From the IMG/VR virus record IMGVR_UViG_3300018492_000150, positions 49,640 to 113,639 of that record: a DNA stretch of 64,000 bases. One strand, written 5' to 3'. Below, piece by piece: positions 31,724-43,181 of the stretch (position 1 is its first letter; every line of letters starts with the position of its first letter). The notes beneath the pieces are model-generated. The model had not been told where the DNA came from. It searched no databases and saw nothing but the letters and a program-made list of their open reading frames with translations. A program made the position numbers and the translations under genes. Source of the DNA: a virus (Duplodnaviria > Caudoviricetes).

Positions 31724-33289
31724 ATGGAGAAAATAATTGTAAAGAACACATGTGTGCAGATCAATGATTATAACTTCGGAGACAGCCCGAAGTTAGAACG
31801 TTTTTTTGCTATATATGAACCTGTAACTCATAGCTACAGATATACAGGAATATTTTATGATAACGAAAAAAGAATACTATACATACCTAGAGGAGTAGAT
31901 GTATGGTATGTAGAACAGCTGTTAGATTGCAATGCATATGTTATGAAAAATGCATATAATAAATACGATACTTATAATGATATAGGTGTAAAATATCTTC
32001 CTAGAGATGAAGATCAAAAACAAGCCTTGAGATTTATGGTAGGTAGCGGAGAATATTTAGAAACACAATCTAAATCGCAGCTATCTGTAAATCTTAATAC
32101 AGGAAAAGGCAAGACATATGTATCTATCGGAACTATGTCGATATTAGGAATAAAGTCTATGATTATAACTTATTCAAAATCAGTATTAGATCAATGGAGG
32201 CGATCTATCGTTCAGTATACTAATATTTCTGATAAAGAAATATTTAGTATAGATGGCTCTGGTTCAGTATTTAGATTGCTTACTAAATCTGATGAAGAGA
32301 TAAAAAATATAAAAGTATTTCTTGTTACCCATGGAACTTTAAAGAGTTATGGAGATTCTTATGGATGGGATAAAGTAACAGAGTTATTTGAATATATCAG
32401 AGTAGGGTTAAAGTTCTATGATGAAGCCCATACTAACTTTGATAATATGTGCATGATAGACTTCTATACTAATGTATACAAGACTTATTATCTCACTGCT
32501 ACACCAGCAAGATCAAATGAAGACGAGAATAGGATATATCAAACAGCATTTAAAAATATACTCGCAATCGATTTATTCCATGAAGATACAGACCCTCATA
32601 CTCATTATATCGCTATGAGATATAATAGTAGACCTGAGCCACAAACTATATCATTCTGTAAGAATAAATATGGTTTAGACAGAAACAAATATACAAATTA
32701 CATTGTCACGAATGATAATTTTAAGATGATGTGCTGCGTAGTACTAGATTTTATATTTAAAAAGGTTATAAAGTCATCACAGGATAAAATACTTATCTAC
32801 ATTGGTACAAATCAAGCAATTCAAGAAGTATATCAATGGATCTTAGAAAAATTCCCATTTTTATATGGAAATATCGGTATATTTACATCTATAGTTTCAG
32901 ATGAAGACAAAGCATATTCATTAACAAGACAAGTTATACTTACCACTACAAAATCAGCAGGAGCTGCTATAGATATTAAAGGATTGAAATGTACTTTGGT
33001 ATTAGCAGAACCATTTAAATCTGAAGTATTAGCAAGACAGACTTTGGGTAGAACTAGAGCTAACGATACTTATTACATCGAGGTGGTTGATAAAGGATTT
33101 AAATACTGCAATAAGTATTTCTTGGATAAAAGAAAAATATTCAATATCTATGCTTTAGATTGCAAGTTGGTAGACATATCAGACCAAGAGTTAAATGATA
33201 TGTATAACAATAATGTAATGGTTAGACAGATGATCAAACCATTTACAATCAAAAAAGAAAGGATTCGACCTTTTACTTTTGAACATTAG
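31724..33289 (+). CDS. SF2 DNA helicase (UvsW-like)
   Basis: TGKGKT, DEAH, TAT, QTLGR motifs. Confidence 0.9.
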   Translation: MEKIIVKNTCVQINDYNFGDSPKLERFFAIYEPVTHSYRYTGIFYDNEKRILYIPRGVDVWYVEQLLDCNAYVMKNAYNKYDTYNDIGVKYLPRDEDQKQALRFMVGSGEYLETQSKSQLSVNLNTGKGKTYVSIGTMSILGIKSMIITYSKSVLDQWRRSIVQYTNISDKEIFSIDGSGSVFRLLTKSDEEIKNIKVFLVTHGTLKSYGDSYGWDKVTELFEYIRVGLKFYDEAHTNFDNMCMIDFYTNVYKTYYLTATPARSNEDENRIYQTAFKNILAIDLFHEDTDPHTHYIAMRYNSRPEPQTISFCKNKYGLDRNKYTNYIVTNDNFKMMCCVVLDFIFKKVIKSSQDKILIYIGTNQAIQEVYQWILEKFPFLYGNIGIFTSIVSDEDKAYSLTRQVILTTTKSAGAAIDIKGLKCTLVLAEPFKSEVLARQTLGRTRANDTYYIEVVDKGFKYCNKYFLDKRKIFNIYALDCKLVDISDQELNDMYNNNVMVRQMIKPFTIKKERIRPFTFEH

Positions 33290-33438
33290 AATTTGATTAT
33301 TGCTTGTGTGATTCGTATGACTTTTCTCATGTACTAAAGAATTCCCTATAGAGAGTAAAATCTCTATAGGGAACTTACTGTTTGATTATATATTATAAAA
33401 ATGATATAAAAATAAAAACTTTTAAGGAGGAATTTGTT

Positions 33439-33813
33439 ATGAATGCTTTTACAAATCCAGAAACAATTAAACGTGCTCAGGAATTAGTAGATGCTATGAA
33501 AACTGGTCAACAGTTAATTCAGCAGCTTACTGGACCTGAACAACAAACTCAACAACCAATACAGCAACCTGTATGGTATAATCATTTCACTTGTACTTAT
33601 GGAGAAATTATTGTACCACAAAATATTGTACTGCCAGAGATGACAATCAATTCGATAAGAGTATTATTAGACGCATATGCCCATATATTAAATTGCAGGT
33701 TAGAGTTATATCTTAACGGATATACTGATGAGAATAATATGAGGTTCTTGTCTAGTCAATTTGGTATTGTATTTATCATTGATAACGGGAAAATCAGTAT
33801 AATAAGAAACTAA
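33439..33813 (+). CDS. Hypothetical early protein with Gln-rich linker
   Basis: AAGGAGG RBS before ATG 33439; early motif at 33390. Confidence 0.7.
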   Translation: MNAFTNPETIKRAQELVDAMKTGQQLIQQLTGPEQQTQQPIQQPVWYNHFTCTYGEIIVPQNIVLPEMTINSIRVLLDAYAHILNCRLELYLNGYTDENNMRFLSSQFGIVFIIDNGKISIIRN

Positions 33814-33864
33814 TGTTAGCTTAACCTTAAAGTAAAAATATTATTAAGCTCAGGAGGAGGTCTA

Positions 33865-34605
33865 ATGAGACCTATAAATTATATTGATTACGATAAATTA
33901 TCGGACGATGTATTATATCTTGGGTCTAATCTTTTCTTGAGAATGAATGTATCTTTGTCAAATAAAGGTGATCAAGATCAACGATATCATTTCCATAAAG
34001 AATATAGATATGATTCCAAATATACATCTAGCGGTAAACTTTTAAGCATAAAAAGATCATTTAGCTATTATTTATCATTAGATAAAACAGATACAAAAAT
34101 GAATATTATGATCCGACCACAGGATATGATATTATTCAAGATGAACTTAGAACAAGTATCAAAATGGTTCAGCGATAATACATTTGGCACTAAAGGACGT
34201 GAAGTGATTCTAAGAAATAGAAAAGAATCTATAGTATTACCTGGATTAGCACAACAGAGATATATTCAATTTGATCCTGTTGTAGTTGTTTGGGAAAATA
34301 CTGGAGATCAAACACCTGGAGTACGGGTCACATTAGGTGACCCGTCTGTTTATGCTGATATAAGTGTAGATAAGCTATTTGCACTGCTTTATACTATAAG
34401 TGATTTTAATATGTATCAATCTGCACAATTATTAGTAAATTATTTAGGAAGACCTAATTTTGGAATGAACTTGTATGAGATAGAAGACAATGTATATCTC
34501 AAAGAGCAAGAAGGAAAAATAGAAAATGCAAAAGCCAACAGAACAATTCCAAATCAAAAGAAATCATTTTTTGATAGTATGGATTTAATGGCAAAAGGAG
34601 ATTGA
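33865..34605 (+). CDS. Hypothetical protein
   Basis: 246 aa, AGGAGG RBS. Confidence 0.75.
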   Translation: MRPINYIDYDKLSDDVLYLGSNLFLRMNVSLSNKGDQDQRYHFHKEYRYDSKYTSSGKLLSIKRSFSYYLSLDKTDTKMNIMIRPQDMILFKMNLEQVSKWFSDNTFGTKGREVILRNRKESIVLPGLAQQRYIQFDPVVVVWENTGDQTPGVRVTLGDPSVYADISVDKLFALLYTISDFNMYQSAQLLVNYLGRPNFGMNLYEIEDNVYLKEQEGKIENAKANRTIPNQKKSFFDSMDLMAKGD

Positions 34606-34796
34606 TTATGATTACAAAAAGAATGAAACATTGTGTATGCCCAGAGTGCGAAAAACAGTTAATAAGATTAGAACCTTTTGAAAAGGGAATTTATAATTAT
34701 TGGTGCGATTCTTGTAATATCGATATTGCAATTACCGATAATGATGCCATTGAAAAAGAGGAGGCCGATGATAATGACGAAAATGATTCACATTAA
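34602..34796 (+). CDS. Zinc-ribbon microprotein
   Basis: CPEC...CDSC with acidic tail. Confidence 0.65.
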   Translation: MIMITKRMKHCVCPECEKQLIRLEPFEKGIYNYWCDSCNIDIAITDNDAIEKEEADDNDENDSH

Positions 34797-35238
34797 TTTT
34801 CTTCACCAGTACGGTGACGAATTTCAAACAAACATTGGGCCTTGTAAAATTAAGCGAGAATGGCTAGATGTAATGAAAACTGATATGTATAGACATAAAG
34901 TTTTTCTTGAAATGCATACATGGTATCCAAAAATCAGAAAAGATATTTGGCAAAGACAGATTGAATCTGGAGAAATATTAAATGATGTTATAAATTACAG
35001 TAATCCAGGCCACTATGTAGCTCCAATTATCTATACTGATAATACTGGAATCAATGTATTATTAGACGATAAAAATAAATGTATTAAACATGATTTGTTT
35101 GTAGATTTATTACAAAATAACAATAAACTGTTTGCTACATTTCTTTTAAAGAGTAATGATGATAGAACTGAAGTTATAGGCATAGATAGAATTTGCTTAT
35201 GCTTAGGTATGATTGACAATAAAATACTATTTGTATAA
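34774..35238 (+). CDS. Hypothetical protein
   Basis: GAGGAGG RBS at about 34758; start 34768 or 34774. Confidence 0.65.
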   Translation: MTKMIHINFLHQYGDEFQTNIGPCKIKREWLDVMKTDMYRHKVFLEMHTWYPKIRKDIWQRQIESGEILNDVINYSNPGHYVAPIIYTDNTGINVLLDDKNKCIKHDLFVDLLQNNNKLFATFLLKSNDDRTEVIGIDRICLCLGMIDNKILFV

Positions 35239-35259
35239 AGAAAGGAGGTTTGATAACAT

Positions 35260-35679
35260 ATGTCGGTTATAGAAATACCATGGGTATTGAAAGAAAATGA
35301 GATTATATCAGAAAAAGCTCCTAATCTAAGATGGACCAAAGATTTTATGAAAGATATGTTTACAACAAATCCTAATCATATAATTTGTCCATATCCATTA
35401 AAAAGAGATATAGAAGCTTTATCTGTAACAGAGTTAATGCAAGTCGATCCATTTCACCAATATGGTGTAATTACATATATGGACATAGATACTATATATC
35501 TAGATTTGGACGATGAATTCGAATATGAATTGATAAATATTAATAACAAGGGCATATTAGCAGCTACTAGCATTTATGCGTTAAACCGATCATTGGTAGA
35601 TGATGAATATCTTGTAAAAAGAATAAATACGTTTTTAGTAATTACCGATGGTGAACGTAAGATAAAGAAGTATATATAA
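35260..35679 (+). CDS. Hypothetical protein
   Basis: AAAGGAGG RBS. Confidence 0.7.
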   Translation: MSVIEIPWVLKENEIISEKAPNLRWTKDFMKDMFTTNPNHIICPYPLKRDIEALSVTELMQVDPFHQYGVITYMDIDTIYLDLDDEFEYELININNKGILAATSIYALNRSLVDDEYLVKRINTFLVITDGERKIKKYI

Positions 35680-35694
35680 GGAGAAAAGTAAGAA

Positions 35695-36240
35695 ATGAAA
35701 AAAGATTTACTCGATGAAATTATTACTAGAATAACAAAAATTTTTAGAAAATGTTATAATAAATTAATGGAAATATTTGGAGTTAAACCTAGTCCTTTGT
35801 ATAACACGACTGTTATTTTAGTAGATAAAACATTTGTCGATACTGATTTTAAAATGGATGTATTGAAACTATTTGTAAGAAAGAAAACAAACCAAGATTG
35901 CATATATGATTTATCTAAATACAAATATATTCACTCATTGAATAAGATTAGAAATTCATATATCGAGGATTCATTATTTCCTCAAAACTTCTATGAAGAT
36001 GTATTGAAAAACAAACACAAATATGCCGTATGCGTATTTGATACATCTTGGATAGGAGATGAAAATTTTGATGATATGGTATATGAATTAGATCTTGATG
36101 ATAACAATGTTTTTATTAACGACGATAATAAGAAAATAGATGATAAATCTATAATGTACCTGGATAGTATTTCAGGGCTATTTGGTACAAGAATCATAGA
36201 CTACGATAACTTTTTTAAAGAATTAGAGCAAATATTGTAA
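35695..36240 (+). CDS. Hypothetical protein
   Basis: AAGGAG RBS. Confidence 0.7.
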   Translation: MKKDLLDEIITRITKIFRKCYNKLMEIFGVKPSPLYNTTVILVDKTFVDTDFKMDVLKLFVRKKTNQDCIYDLSKYKYIHSLNKIRNSYIEDSLFPQNFYEDVLKNKHKYAVCVFDTSWIGDENFDDMVYELDLDDNNVFINDDNKKIDDKSIMYLDSISGLFGTRIIDYDNFFKELEQIL

Positions 36241-36284
36241 AAGAAAATGCCAGATGAGGATAATCCTCATCTGGTTTATTTTTT

Positions 36285-37034
36285 CTAAATGCACAACATA
36301 AGCGGCTGATTTTTATTAGCAGCTGATACATAACTTTCTTTAATATAATTCATTATTTCTTCTCGTTTCTGGTATTGTTCTTGAAGATCTTCTATTCTGA
36401 TATTTACATTAGCAAATACAGTTTGAAGATCTTGGAATAATTTCAATTTATTATATAAGAATCCAGCTACATCAGCCATAGCTAATGATTCGAAAGTATC
36501 CATCTGCGTTGGACTTATGGTTGTGAGATTCGCATTGTGTTCTATGAGTACGAATACATCAAAGTCGTTCATGCATATCTCAGCTCCATAAGTAGATTCT
36601 AATCTGAATCTGTTAGGAGGTTCGAAATTAGGATATATACCATTATTGAATAATGAATTTATATTAGCCTGATTAATCAAACCAAACATATCTCCAATAT
36701 CATATCCAGCAGACATATAATCATACATTCCATATGGTCCGCCAAATACATCATTGTTGAATGTTCCCCAGTCTATATTCTTTACTCCCAATATATTTAC
36801 ATCTCCAAATACTTCCTCATCCAGAAGATACCAGCCATTTTTCTTTTTTGTATCTGGCGTAATATGATATCTAAATTCATATGGAAAATACCTTGACCAT
36901 GTAACTAATGTATCAGGAACAATAACCTTTTCAGCCCATACTTCTTTTTTCAATTGATCTGGAAGATTAAGCATATCTGTACCTAATCTATTCTCAATCT
37001 TATTTAGAAGTCTTGTCATATTATTAGCGAACAT
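36285..37034 (-). CDS. Probable head-completion or neck protein
   Basis: 249 aa, follows prohead protease; N-terminal I.NRLG pattern reminiscent of T4 gp13. Confidence 0.45.
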   Translation of the reverse strand: MFANNMTRLLNKIENRLGTDMLNLPDQLKKEVWAEKVIVPDTLVTWSRYFPYEFRYHITPDTKKKNGWYLLDEEVFGDVNILGVKNIDWGTFNNDVFGGPYGMYDYMSAGYDIGDMFGLINQANINSLFNNGIYPNFEPPNRFRLESTYGAEICMNDFDVFVLIEHNANLTTISPTQMDTFESLAMADVAGFLYNKLKLFQDLQTVFANVNIRIEDLQEQYQKREEIMNYIKESYVSAANKNQPLMLCI

Positions 37035-37045
37035 TGTATCACCTC

Positions 37046-37879
37046 CTAATAGTAAGTAGACTCACCGATACATGCTCCAATAATTTCATTATGGATATAA
37101 TTCTCAAGATTAACAATAAATACACCGCCAGCTCTATCCGTAAGCTGAACTTGAGATTTATTGTTAATGAGTTTGATATCATCATACAACAGATCGAAAG
37201 ATTCTCTAATCTGTTTGATATTACAAGACTCTTCTTTAATATAATCAATAACTGATTGATTAGTGATAGGGATAAGAGTTCCTCTATCATTTTCTTCAAG
37301 AAGAAGATTACTTCCCTCACTTACAACTCCATGAGTATAAGCTTTATTATGAGAAGGATAAATTACTCTATCATAAGTGATAAGTTTAACTCCCTTTACT
37401 TCTGCTCCTCTATTAGTATTCTTGATAGTACCAAGAGCTCTCATAGAGAAAGATGGAGATAATCCATACATGAGTTCTTTATTGAATTCTTCTCCCAATG
37501 CATTATAAGTGCCGAAGAAGTTACCCATAACAAGATCACCATCTGTCCAAAACTTAGTAAAGATAACAGAACAATTGTTTGGATCAATAGTCTGCTGTCT
37601 AACTAAATCTTTAGATAATGGATGGCCATTCTCACCTCTCATATTGCCTGTTCTAAGTAACTCTAATTGTCTTGGAGCTACTAATTCTGGAAATAAATCT
37701 CTTGAATCGTAGAATCTACCATTTCTGTTTTTCATATTAGCTTCCTGAAGACATCCTTCAGCTAATACTCTACCATCGCCACGTTTTTCAATAATTTTTG
37801 CTGGCATAATATCTTCTGACGTAGTAGCTGTCTCTATAATTACGTACCCAATTGTATCAGGCGCCATAGTCTTTATCAT
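37046..37879 (-). CDS. Prohead core protease (T4 gp21-like)
   Basis: EANMKNRNGRFY, GENGHP, SFSMRALG, TYDRVIYPS; late promoter at 37903-37914. Confidence 0.9.
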   Translation of the reverse strand: MIKTMAPDTIGYVIIETATTSEDIMPAKIIEKRGDGRVLAEGCLQEANMKNRNGRFYDSRDLFPELVAPRQLELLRTGNMRGENGHPLSKDLVRQQTIDPNNCSVIFTKFWTDGDLVMGNFFGTYNALGEEFNKELMYGLSPSFSMRALGTIKNTNRGAEVKGVKLITYDRVIYPSHNKAYTHGVVSEGSNLLLEENDRGTLIPITNQSVIDYIKEESCNIKQIRESFDLLYDDIKLINNKSQVQLTDRAGGVFIVNLENYIHNEIIGACIGESTYY

Positions 37880-37996
37880 GACAATTCCTCCTTTTATATT
37901 ATTATACTGATGTTGCAGTGAGCACAAGTTAACCAATCTCCATTAATTTACAGCTTCAACAGTATATTAAATTAATAAAGAGGAGGTCGAATACTG

Positions 37997-40474
37997 ATGA
38001 TGTCTCAAGGAACTTATGTTTCGTCTTTAGTCAAAGAACGTATTTCTAGGCTAAAGACAGATTCGCCTGTTTTAAGGTATAATGAGAAAGTAACTGTAGA
38101 ATCAGCAATTCCATTAATTAAACCTTTGTCTGTAACAAAGGTTTCTCAAAATGATTTTGATTTTTGTATGAGAGTTTTAGAACAAGTTACTCCTAAATCA
38201 GAATCAAAAGCGTCGGATATAGCCAGATTTATTTCTACTGAAATTATGTTAGGTGTTGAACCTACCGTAGATATAGATATGGCTAAATATAATATTAATG
38301 ATAGAGATAGAGAGATTATCTCATCAGGAATCAACGAGGCTGCAATAGCAGAAAGAATTATCAAAAATCATGATATGCTATGCAAACGATTTAATGTAGA
38401 TAAAATCGTTAAAGAAAATATGTATAATTCTGATAAGATAGTATCAGAATTATGTGAACTGATTGATACTTATAATGTACCAGACCATTATAAGTATAAT
38501 GTAGCTTTAGAAAATATCATCTACAGTATGGTTAAAAACGGAGTAGATGTAGATGATACTAAAGTTGTATCTTCTATTACAGAGTATTTTATGTACCGTG
38601 ATATGAATATATCTGATGAAAAATATAAAAACTACCAGGAAGTTCTTGCTAATAATTACATTAGTAGAAGTCTCGGAAAAGATCCATTAATAGAAGCTGT
38701 ATTGCATAATCCCTCTACAACTTATAGAGATTTAACTGAGTCTTTATTAGGATCATCTTCTGATTTATTTATTACAGAATATTTCTTGGACAAAGCTTTA
38801 GAAATCCATACAGAAGCAGATGCCGCGGATTATATGGAAGAAGTAGAAGCTTATATTAGAAGAGATATCCCTCAACAAGATAAAGTCGCTCTGTATAAGA
38901 GTATTGATAATATCCCGAGATACAGCGGAGTATCTAAAGATTTTATTAATATTAAAAAATCAAATATTTTTGATAAAGAAAAATTTGATAGTTTATGCAC
39001 TTTAGATGGTATTGTTAGTGATACTGAGGCTATTAATGAAAAGAATAAATATAATATCTTTGATAAAGAATCTTTTAAAACAATCACTTTCGAAGCAGAT
39101 ACTTCTGATATTGAAGGACTGATCGCCAAATATAAAGCAGATCAAGATAAATCTCCGTCAAAGATTAAAAATTTCTTTATTAAATTACATACCAAATCTC
39201 CAGAAGTTATTATAGATGATCTTCCTGATGTAATGGCTTTTGCTAGGGCAGGTATATTATTAGCTGTAGCAACTATTACTCCTATCGGTCCTATTGTAGC
39301 TGGAGTATTAGGTTTAGTAAGTTGGTTGATCTCAAAGAAGATTAACGATAAAGAAGCTAATAGACTATTATCATATATTAGAAGTGAGAAGAAAAAAGTT
39401 CAAGACAAAATAGATAAATCTTCAAATGAAAAGAAAGCAAAACAACTTGAAGAATATCTTGATTGTTTGAAGAAATGTGAAGATAAAGTAGAGTCATATT
39501 TAGACTCTATTGAAGATGCAGATCATTCAGATCCTGATAACGACGATGATGATTTAGATTTTGACATGGATTTTGAAAATGCATTTATAAACGTAGCTCA
39601 AGCTGCCATGGTATCTGAATCTATTATTAATACCAATATGAATGGAATTAATTGGATACCTTTTATAACTAAAGGAGCTAAAGCTAATATATTATATGAA
39701 ATCAGTGATTTGATTTTAAAATCATCGATCCCATTAGATGAATATATGGCTGAATTGAGAAAAGCAAAACAAACTGTAATATCAGAATCATATACTGTAT
39801 ACGATAAACGTATCACAAATACTGCTATAGATGCAGAGATGTGCAGATTGAGTAATATAAAAGAAAACTCTTATTATATAAAAAATATATTTGAAGAAGA
39901 TATTGCAAACCAAGCATTGCTTGAAATGTCTTATCAAGTTATACAAGAGAAATTCAATCTCAATACAGTTAAACTTGCTTTGCAGAACGCTAAGGCTAAG
40001 CTCAAAGAGTTGAATACAAAGCAGAAATCTTTATGGCAATCTGTAGATGCTCAGGGAAGTGGACTTATTAAGTCCATAGAAAAAGCTTTGACATCAGATA
40101 GAAGAGAAGCTATTATTAAAGGATCTATAATACCATCATTTTCTAAATGCATTAAAGGATCTATTGCATTGGCTGGAACTGGTATTATATTCGGACCTAC
40201 AGGTGCTTTGATAGCAGCTATAGGAGGATTAGCTACATCTAAAGTATTGAATGATAGGGAAAGAAAATTATTGTTCGATGAAATAGATACGGAACTTAAA
40301 GTTGTTGAAAAACAAATTGAAATTGCTCAGAATGATGGGGATATGAATCAGTATAGATTCTTATTAAACTATCAGAAAAAACTCACTAGAGAATACCAGA
40401 GAATCAAATATGGATTTAAAGTTCAAGGAAGAGATATTCCTAAAGCTTCTATTCCAGGAAAAGGAGGTCACTAA
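37997..40474 (+). CDS. Large virion or inner-head protein
   Basis: 825 aa in head cluster; late promoter at 37958-37969; several hydrophobic-x-E sites. Confidence 0.55.
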   Translation: MMSQGTYVSSLVKERISRLKTDSPVLRYNEKVTVESAIPLIKPLSVTKVSQNDFDFCMRVLEQVTPKSESKASDIARFISTEIMLGVEPTVDIDMAKYNINDRDREIISSGINEAAIAERIIKNHDMLCKRFNVDKIVKENMYNSDKIVSELCELIDTYNVPDHYKYNVALENIIYSMVKNGVDVDDTKVVSSITEYFMYRDMNISDEKYKNYQEVLANNYISRSLGKDPLIEAVLHNPSTTYRDLTESLLGSSSDLFITEYFLDKALEIHTEADAADYMEEVEAYIRRDIPQQDKVALYKSIDNIPRYSGVSKDFINIKKSNIFDKEKFDSLCTLDGIVSDTEAINEKNKYNIFDKESFKTITFEADTSDIEGLIAKYKADQDKSPSKIKNFFIKLHTKSPEVIIDDLPDVMAFARAGILLAVATITPIGPIVAGVLGLVSWLISKKINDKEANRLLSYIRSEKKKVQDKIDKSSNEKKAKQLEEYLDCLKKCEDKVESYLDSIEDADHSDPDNDDDDLDFDMDFENAFINVAQAAMVSESIINTNMNGINWIPFITKGAKANILYEISDLILKSSIPLDEYMAELRKAKQTVISESYTVYDKRITNTAIDAEMCRLSNIKENSYYIKNIFEEDIANQALLEMSYQVIQEKFNLNTVKLALQNAKAKLKELNTKQKSLWQSVDAQGSGLIKSIEKALTSDRREAIIKGSIIPSFSKCIKGSIALAGTGIIFGPTGALIAAIGGLATSKVLNDRERKLLFDEIDTELKVVEKQIEIAQNDGDMNQYRFLLNYQKKLTREYQRIKYGFKVQGRDIPKASIPGKGGH

Positions 40475-41320
40475 ATGAGTTTATTTGATGATATTGTAAG
40501 TTCATTCTATCTTACAGAAGACAACACTGGAGATGATGACGAACAAAATACAGAAAACCAAAATCAGAATCAAGAAGGAAATGAACCTGCTCCTGCAGCT
40601 GAAGATAATCAGGATGGTGAGGGTGATAGTACCGGTGGAGAAGAAGGTGAAGGCGCTGATAATGGTGATGAATATCAGATGAATGATCCTGAAGCAGATG
40701 ATGCCGGGGGAGAAGAAGGCACTGACGACAATCAAGAAGAAGGCGGAGAGGATAATCAAAACCAAGGAGAAGAAGATGAATATCAGATGAATGATCCTGA
40801 AGCAGATGATACTGAAGAAGGAAACGGCCAAGGGGCTGAGGGAGAAGAAGGTAATGATGGAAATGAAGATGAATATCAGATGAATGATCCTGAAGCAGAT
40901 GATACTGAAGAAGGCGGCGAAGATACTGATGATACTGCTGGTAGCGAACCAACTGATGATCCATCATCTAAATTAAAAGATATAGAAAAATCTATCTTTG
41001 ACCAGTTAACTTCCGAGCAGCAAGCTGCTAAAACTAAAGAACTTAAGAGTCTCTATACTGATACTTACAATAAATGTCAAACGATTGTAGATATGGTTAG
41101 CACAGCAGAGAAAGAACCTTCTCAAGCTAAAGTATACGACTATATCATTAACAATCTAGTAGATCTTCAGAAATATATTAGAGATTATCTTGATGATATT
41201 TTTGATAGTAAGACATATATAGAAAATATGACTGAACTTCAGAAGTATCTTGCTATATTAGATACAATTAATAATGTATTTGAAGAGATAAAGAAAGGAT
41301 CCGAAACACAGGCAAAATAG
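40475..41320 (+). CDS. Highly acidic protein, possible head scaffold
   Basis: D/E/G-rich; three DEYQMNDPEADD repeats; directly upstream of capsid gene. Confidence 0.6.
   Translation: MSLFDDIVSSFYLTEDNTGDDDEQNTENQNQNQEGNEPAPAAEDNQDGEGDSTGGEEGEGADNGDEYQMNDPEADDAGGEEGTDDNQEEGGEDNQNQGEEDEYQMNDPEADDTEEGNGQGAEGEEGNDGNEDEYQMNDPEADDTEEGGEDTDDTAGSEPTDDPSSKLKDIEKSIFDQLTSEQQAAKTKELKSLYTDTYNKCQTIVDMVSTAEKEPSQAKVYDYIINNLVDLQKYIRDYLDDIFDSKTYIENMTELQKYLAILDTINNVFEEIKKGSETQAK
40667..40903 (+). repeat. Three 36-bp identical intragenic repeats
   Basis: GATGAATATCAGATGAATGATCCTGAAGCAGATGAT at 40667, 40775 and 40868. Confidence 0.9.
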
Positions 41321-41414
41321 TATCTGTGTAAAATTGGATATAATAACAATATAGTAAATATTTAATGTAAATTAAATAAGAAAAAATTGATGAGTAAGAA
41401 AGGAGACTAATACT

Positions 41415-43181
41415 ATGATTATTGGTGAAGCGCCGAGACGTAATATGTCCGACAGTTTTAAAAACGACCCAATGCATAGTTTCGTTGAGTCCTATGTTAA
41501 TCTTACACAGGGCATCTTAAACGAAAATGCAACTGATATATATACAGACCCAGCAAGAGCATTTATGGCAAATGGAAGTAACGAAGCTCTTAAAAACTTC
41601 TTCGTAGAAAATTCTTACGATCCACAGGGTATGACTCCAGATGAAATCGAAGACCATGTTGCTACTATGGAACAACAGTATGACAATGACCGTTCAGGTC
41701 TTCTTGAGCAGACAATGATGAGCTCTATGAATCCAATGATCGGCATCACAATTCCGATGCACAAATGGATTCTTATGAATATGGTATTTGACAAAGGTGC
41801 TATTCCGAAGTTTGTTGCTCGTTCACCGAAGTTTACAATTTCTATGGAATATCGTATCTTGGTTGACACAGAAGGAAATGAACTGGATATGTTCCGTGAT
41901 CAGAACCTTATGACAGACGCTATCGAAAAGACAGCTCCAGAGGTTGAGTTTGAACTTCCAACACTTCCATTCACAGATGACAATGAAGTTGTACACACCT
42001 ACCTTAACGGTCTTGCAGGCGCAGATCATCTGTCTATTGAGACAAGAATCTCAGCTTTTAAAATCCAAAACCAGTATTTTGAAATTGGCGATATTCTTCC
42101 AGATGAGAAGACTGGATATATTGAGCCAAATGGTAAAGTAGCTACAGAAGCAGGTAATCATGATGTTTGGGTTAGATGTAATTATGCATTTGCACCTACA
42201 TATGGTGAAGTTGAACGTGCTCTTATGGCGAACGTTTCTTATGAGTATAAAGTAAATGAAGGCGGAGTTAAGATCAAGAAAATTACAGACTTCGTTTCTG
42301 GTACAATGCAGAACGACAGACTTAACATTCAGGTTCTTAAAGGAAACCTTAAAGGTATTCGTATCACTTCAAGATTGGATACATCCAGTGCACGTCTTAC
42401 AACATGTAGCGTAAGATGGAAAGAGAAAACAGATATTGTTGAAATTCCAAATGCTATTCCGATAGACGTAACAGTATCTCCAGAAGAAACAAAAGATATC
42501 GCAGCTCTTTACAATGTAAATCAGGTAACTAAGATCATGAGCATGATCAAAACAGTTCTTGGAAATACAAAAGACGATCAGATCAGAAGAAAACTTGATC
42601 AGTCTTATAAGACAATGGATGTACGTTCTAAAACATACAGCCAGTTCGATTACGCTCCTCGTGAAGGATATCACGGAGATCATGTTGAGTGGAGAAGAAA
42701 TACATTCTTCGATTTCTTCGATTCTCAGATGACAAAACTGTATCAGGTATTAAACGATCCGAACATGACAGTTTCTGTATTCGGTGATCCAGATCTTGTA
42801 AGAAAGATTACACCGACAGATTATAGCTACCAGACACCGTCTAACATCGGACCAGTGCAGCTTGACTTCACAAAGACAGTTGTTACTTCTGATTCTAGAG
42901 TATACAACTTCATCGGTTCTGATAAACTTCGTGGATCAACAGAATTTATCGTAGTTCTGTGTCCAAGAGGAACAGATAGAATTATCTACAGAATCTATGA
43001 TTACCAGATGTATATCAGCAATGAAATTAGAAACGCTGATAATCCGGCATTACCGAACATCCATGCATTCGAGCGTTGGAAATTCGTAGAATATCAGCCA
43101 GTTCAGGGACGTATCAATATCTTACATCCTACAGGATTGACAGATCACTACGACTTTGTTCAGGTTAAACAAGTTCAGTAA
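41415..43181 (+). CDS. Major capsid protein
   Basis: 588 aa in head cluster; high-expression codon usage (TTC, AAC, CGT); own late promoter at 41345-41356 and strong terminator. Confidence 0.75.
   Translation: MIIGEAPRRNMSDSFKNDPMHSFVESYVNLTQGILNENATDIYTDPARAFMANGSNEALKNFFVENSYDPQGMTPDEIEDHVATMEQQYDNDRSGLLEQTMMSSMNPMIGITIPMHKWILMNMVFDKGAIPKFVARSPKFTISMEYRILVDTEGNELDMFRDQNLMTDAIEKTAPEVEFELPTLPFTDDNEVVHTYLNGLAGADHLSIETRISAFKIQNQYFEIGDILPDEKTGYIEPNGKVATEAGNHDVWVRCNYAFAPTYGEVERALMANVSYEYKVNEGGVKIKKITDFVSGTMQNDRLNIQVLKGNLKGIRITSRLDTSSARLTTCSVRWKEKTDIVEIPNAIPIDVTVSPEETKDIAALYNVNQVTKIMSMIKTVLGNTKDDQIRRKLDQSYKTMDVRSKTYSQFDYAPREGYHGDHVEWRRNTFFDFFDSQMTKLYQVLNDPNMTVSVFGDPDLVRKITPTDYSYQTPSNIGPVQLDFTKTVVTSDSRVYNFIGSDKLRGSTEFIVVLCPRGTDRIIYRIYDYQMYISNEIRNADNPALPNIHAFERWKFVEYQPVQGRINILHPTGLTDHYDFVQVKQVQ

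Noticed and set aside
40667-40903. 36-bp direct repeats as a mini-CRISPR
   Set aside because: In-frame coding repeats with low-complexity spacers of 72 and 57 nt
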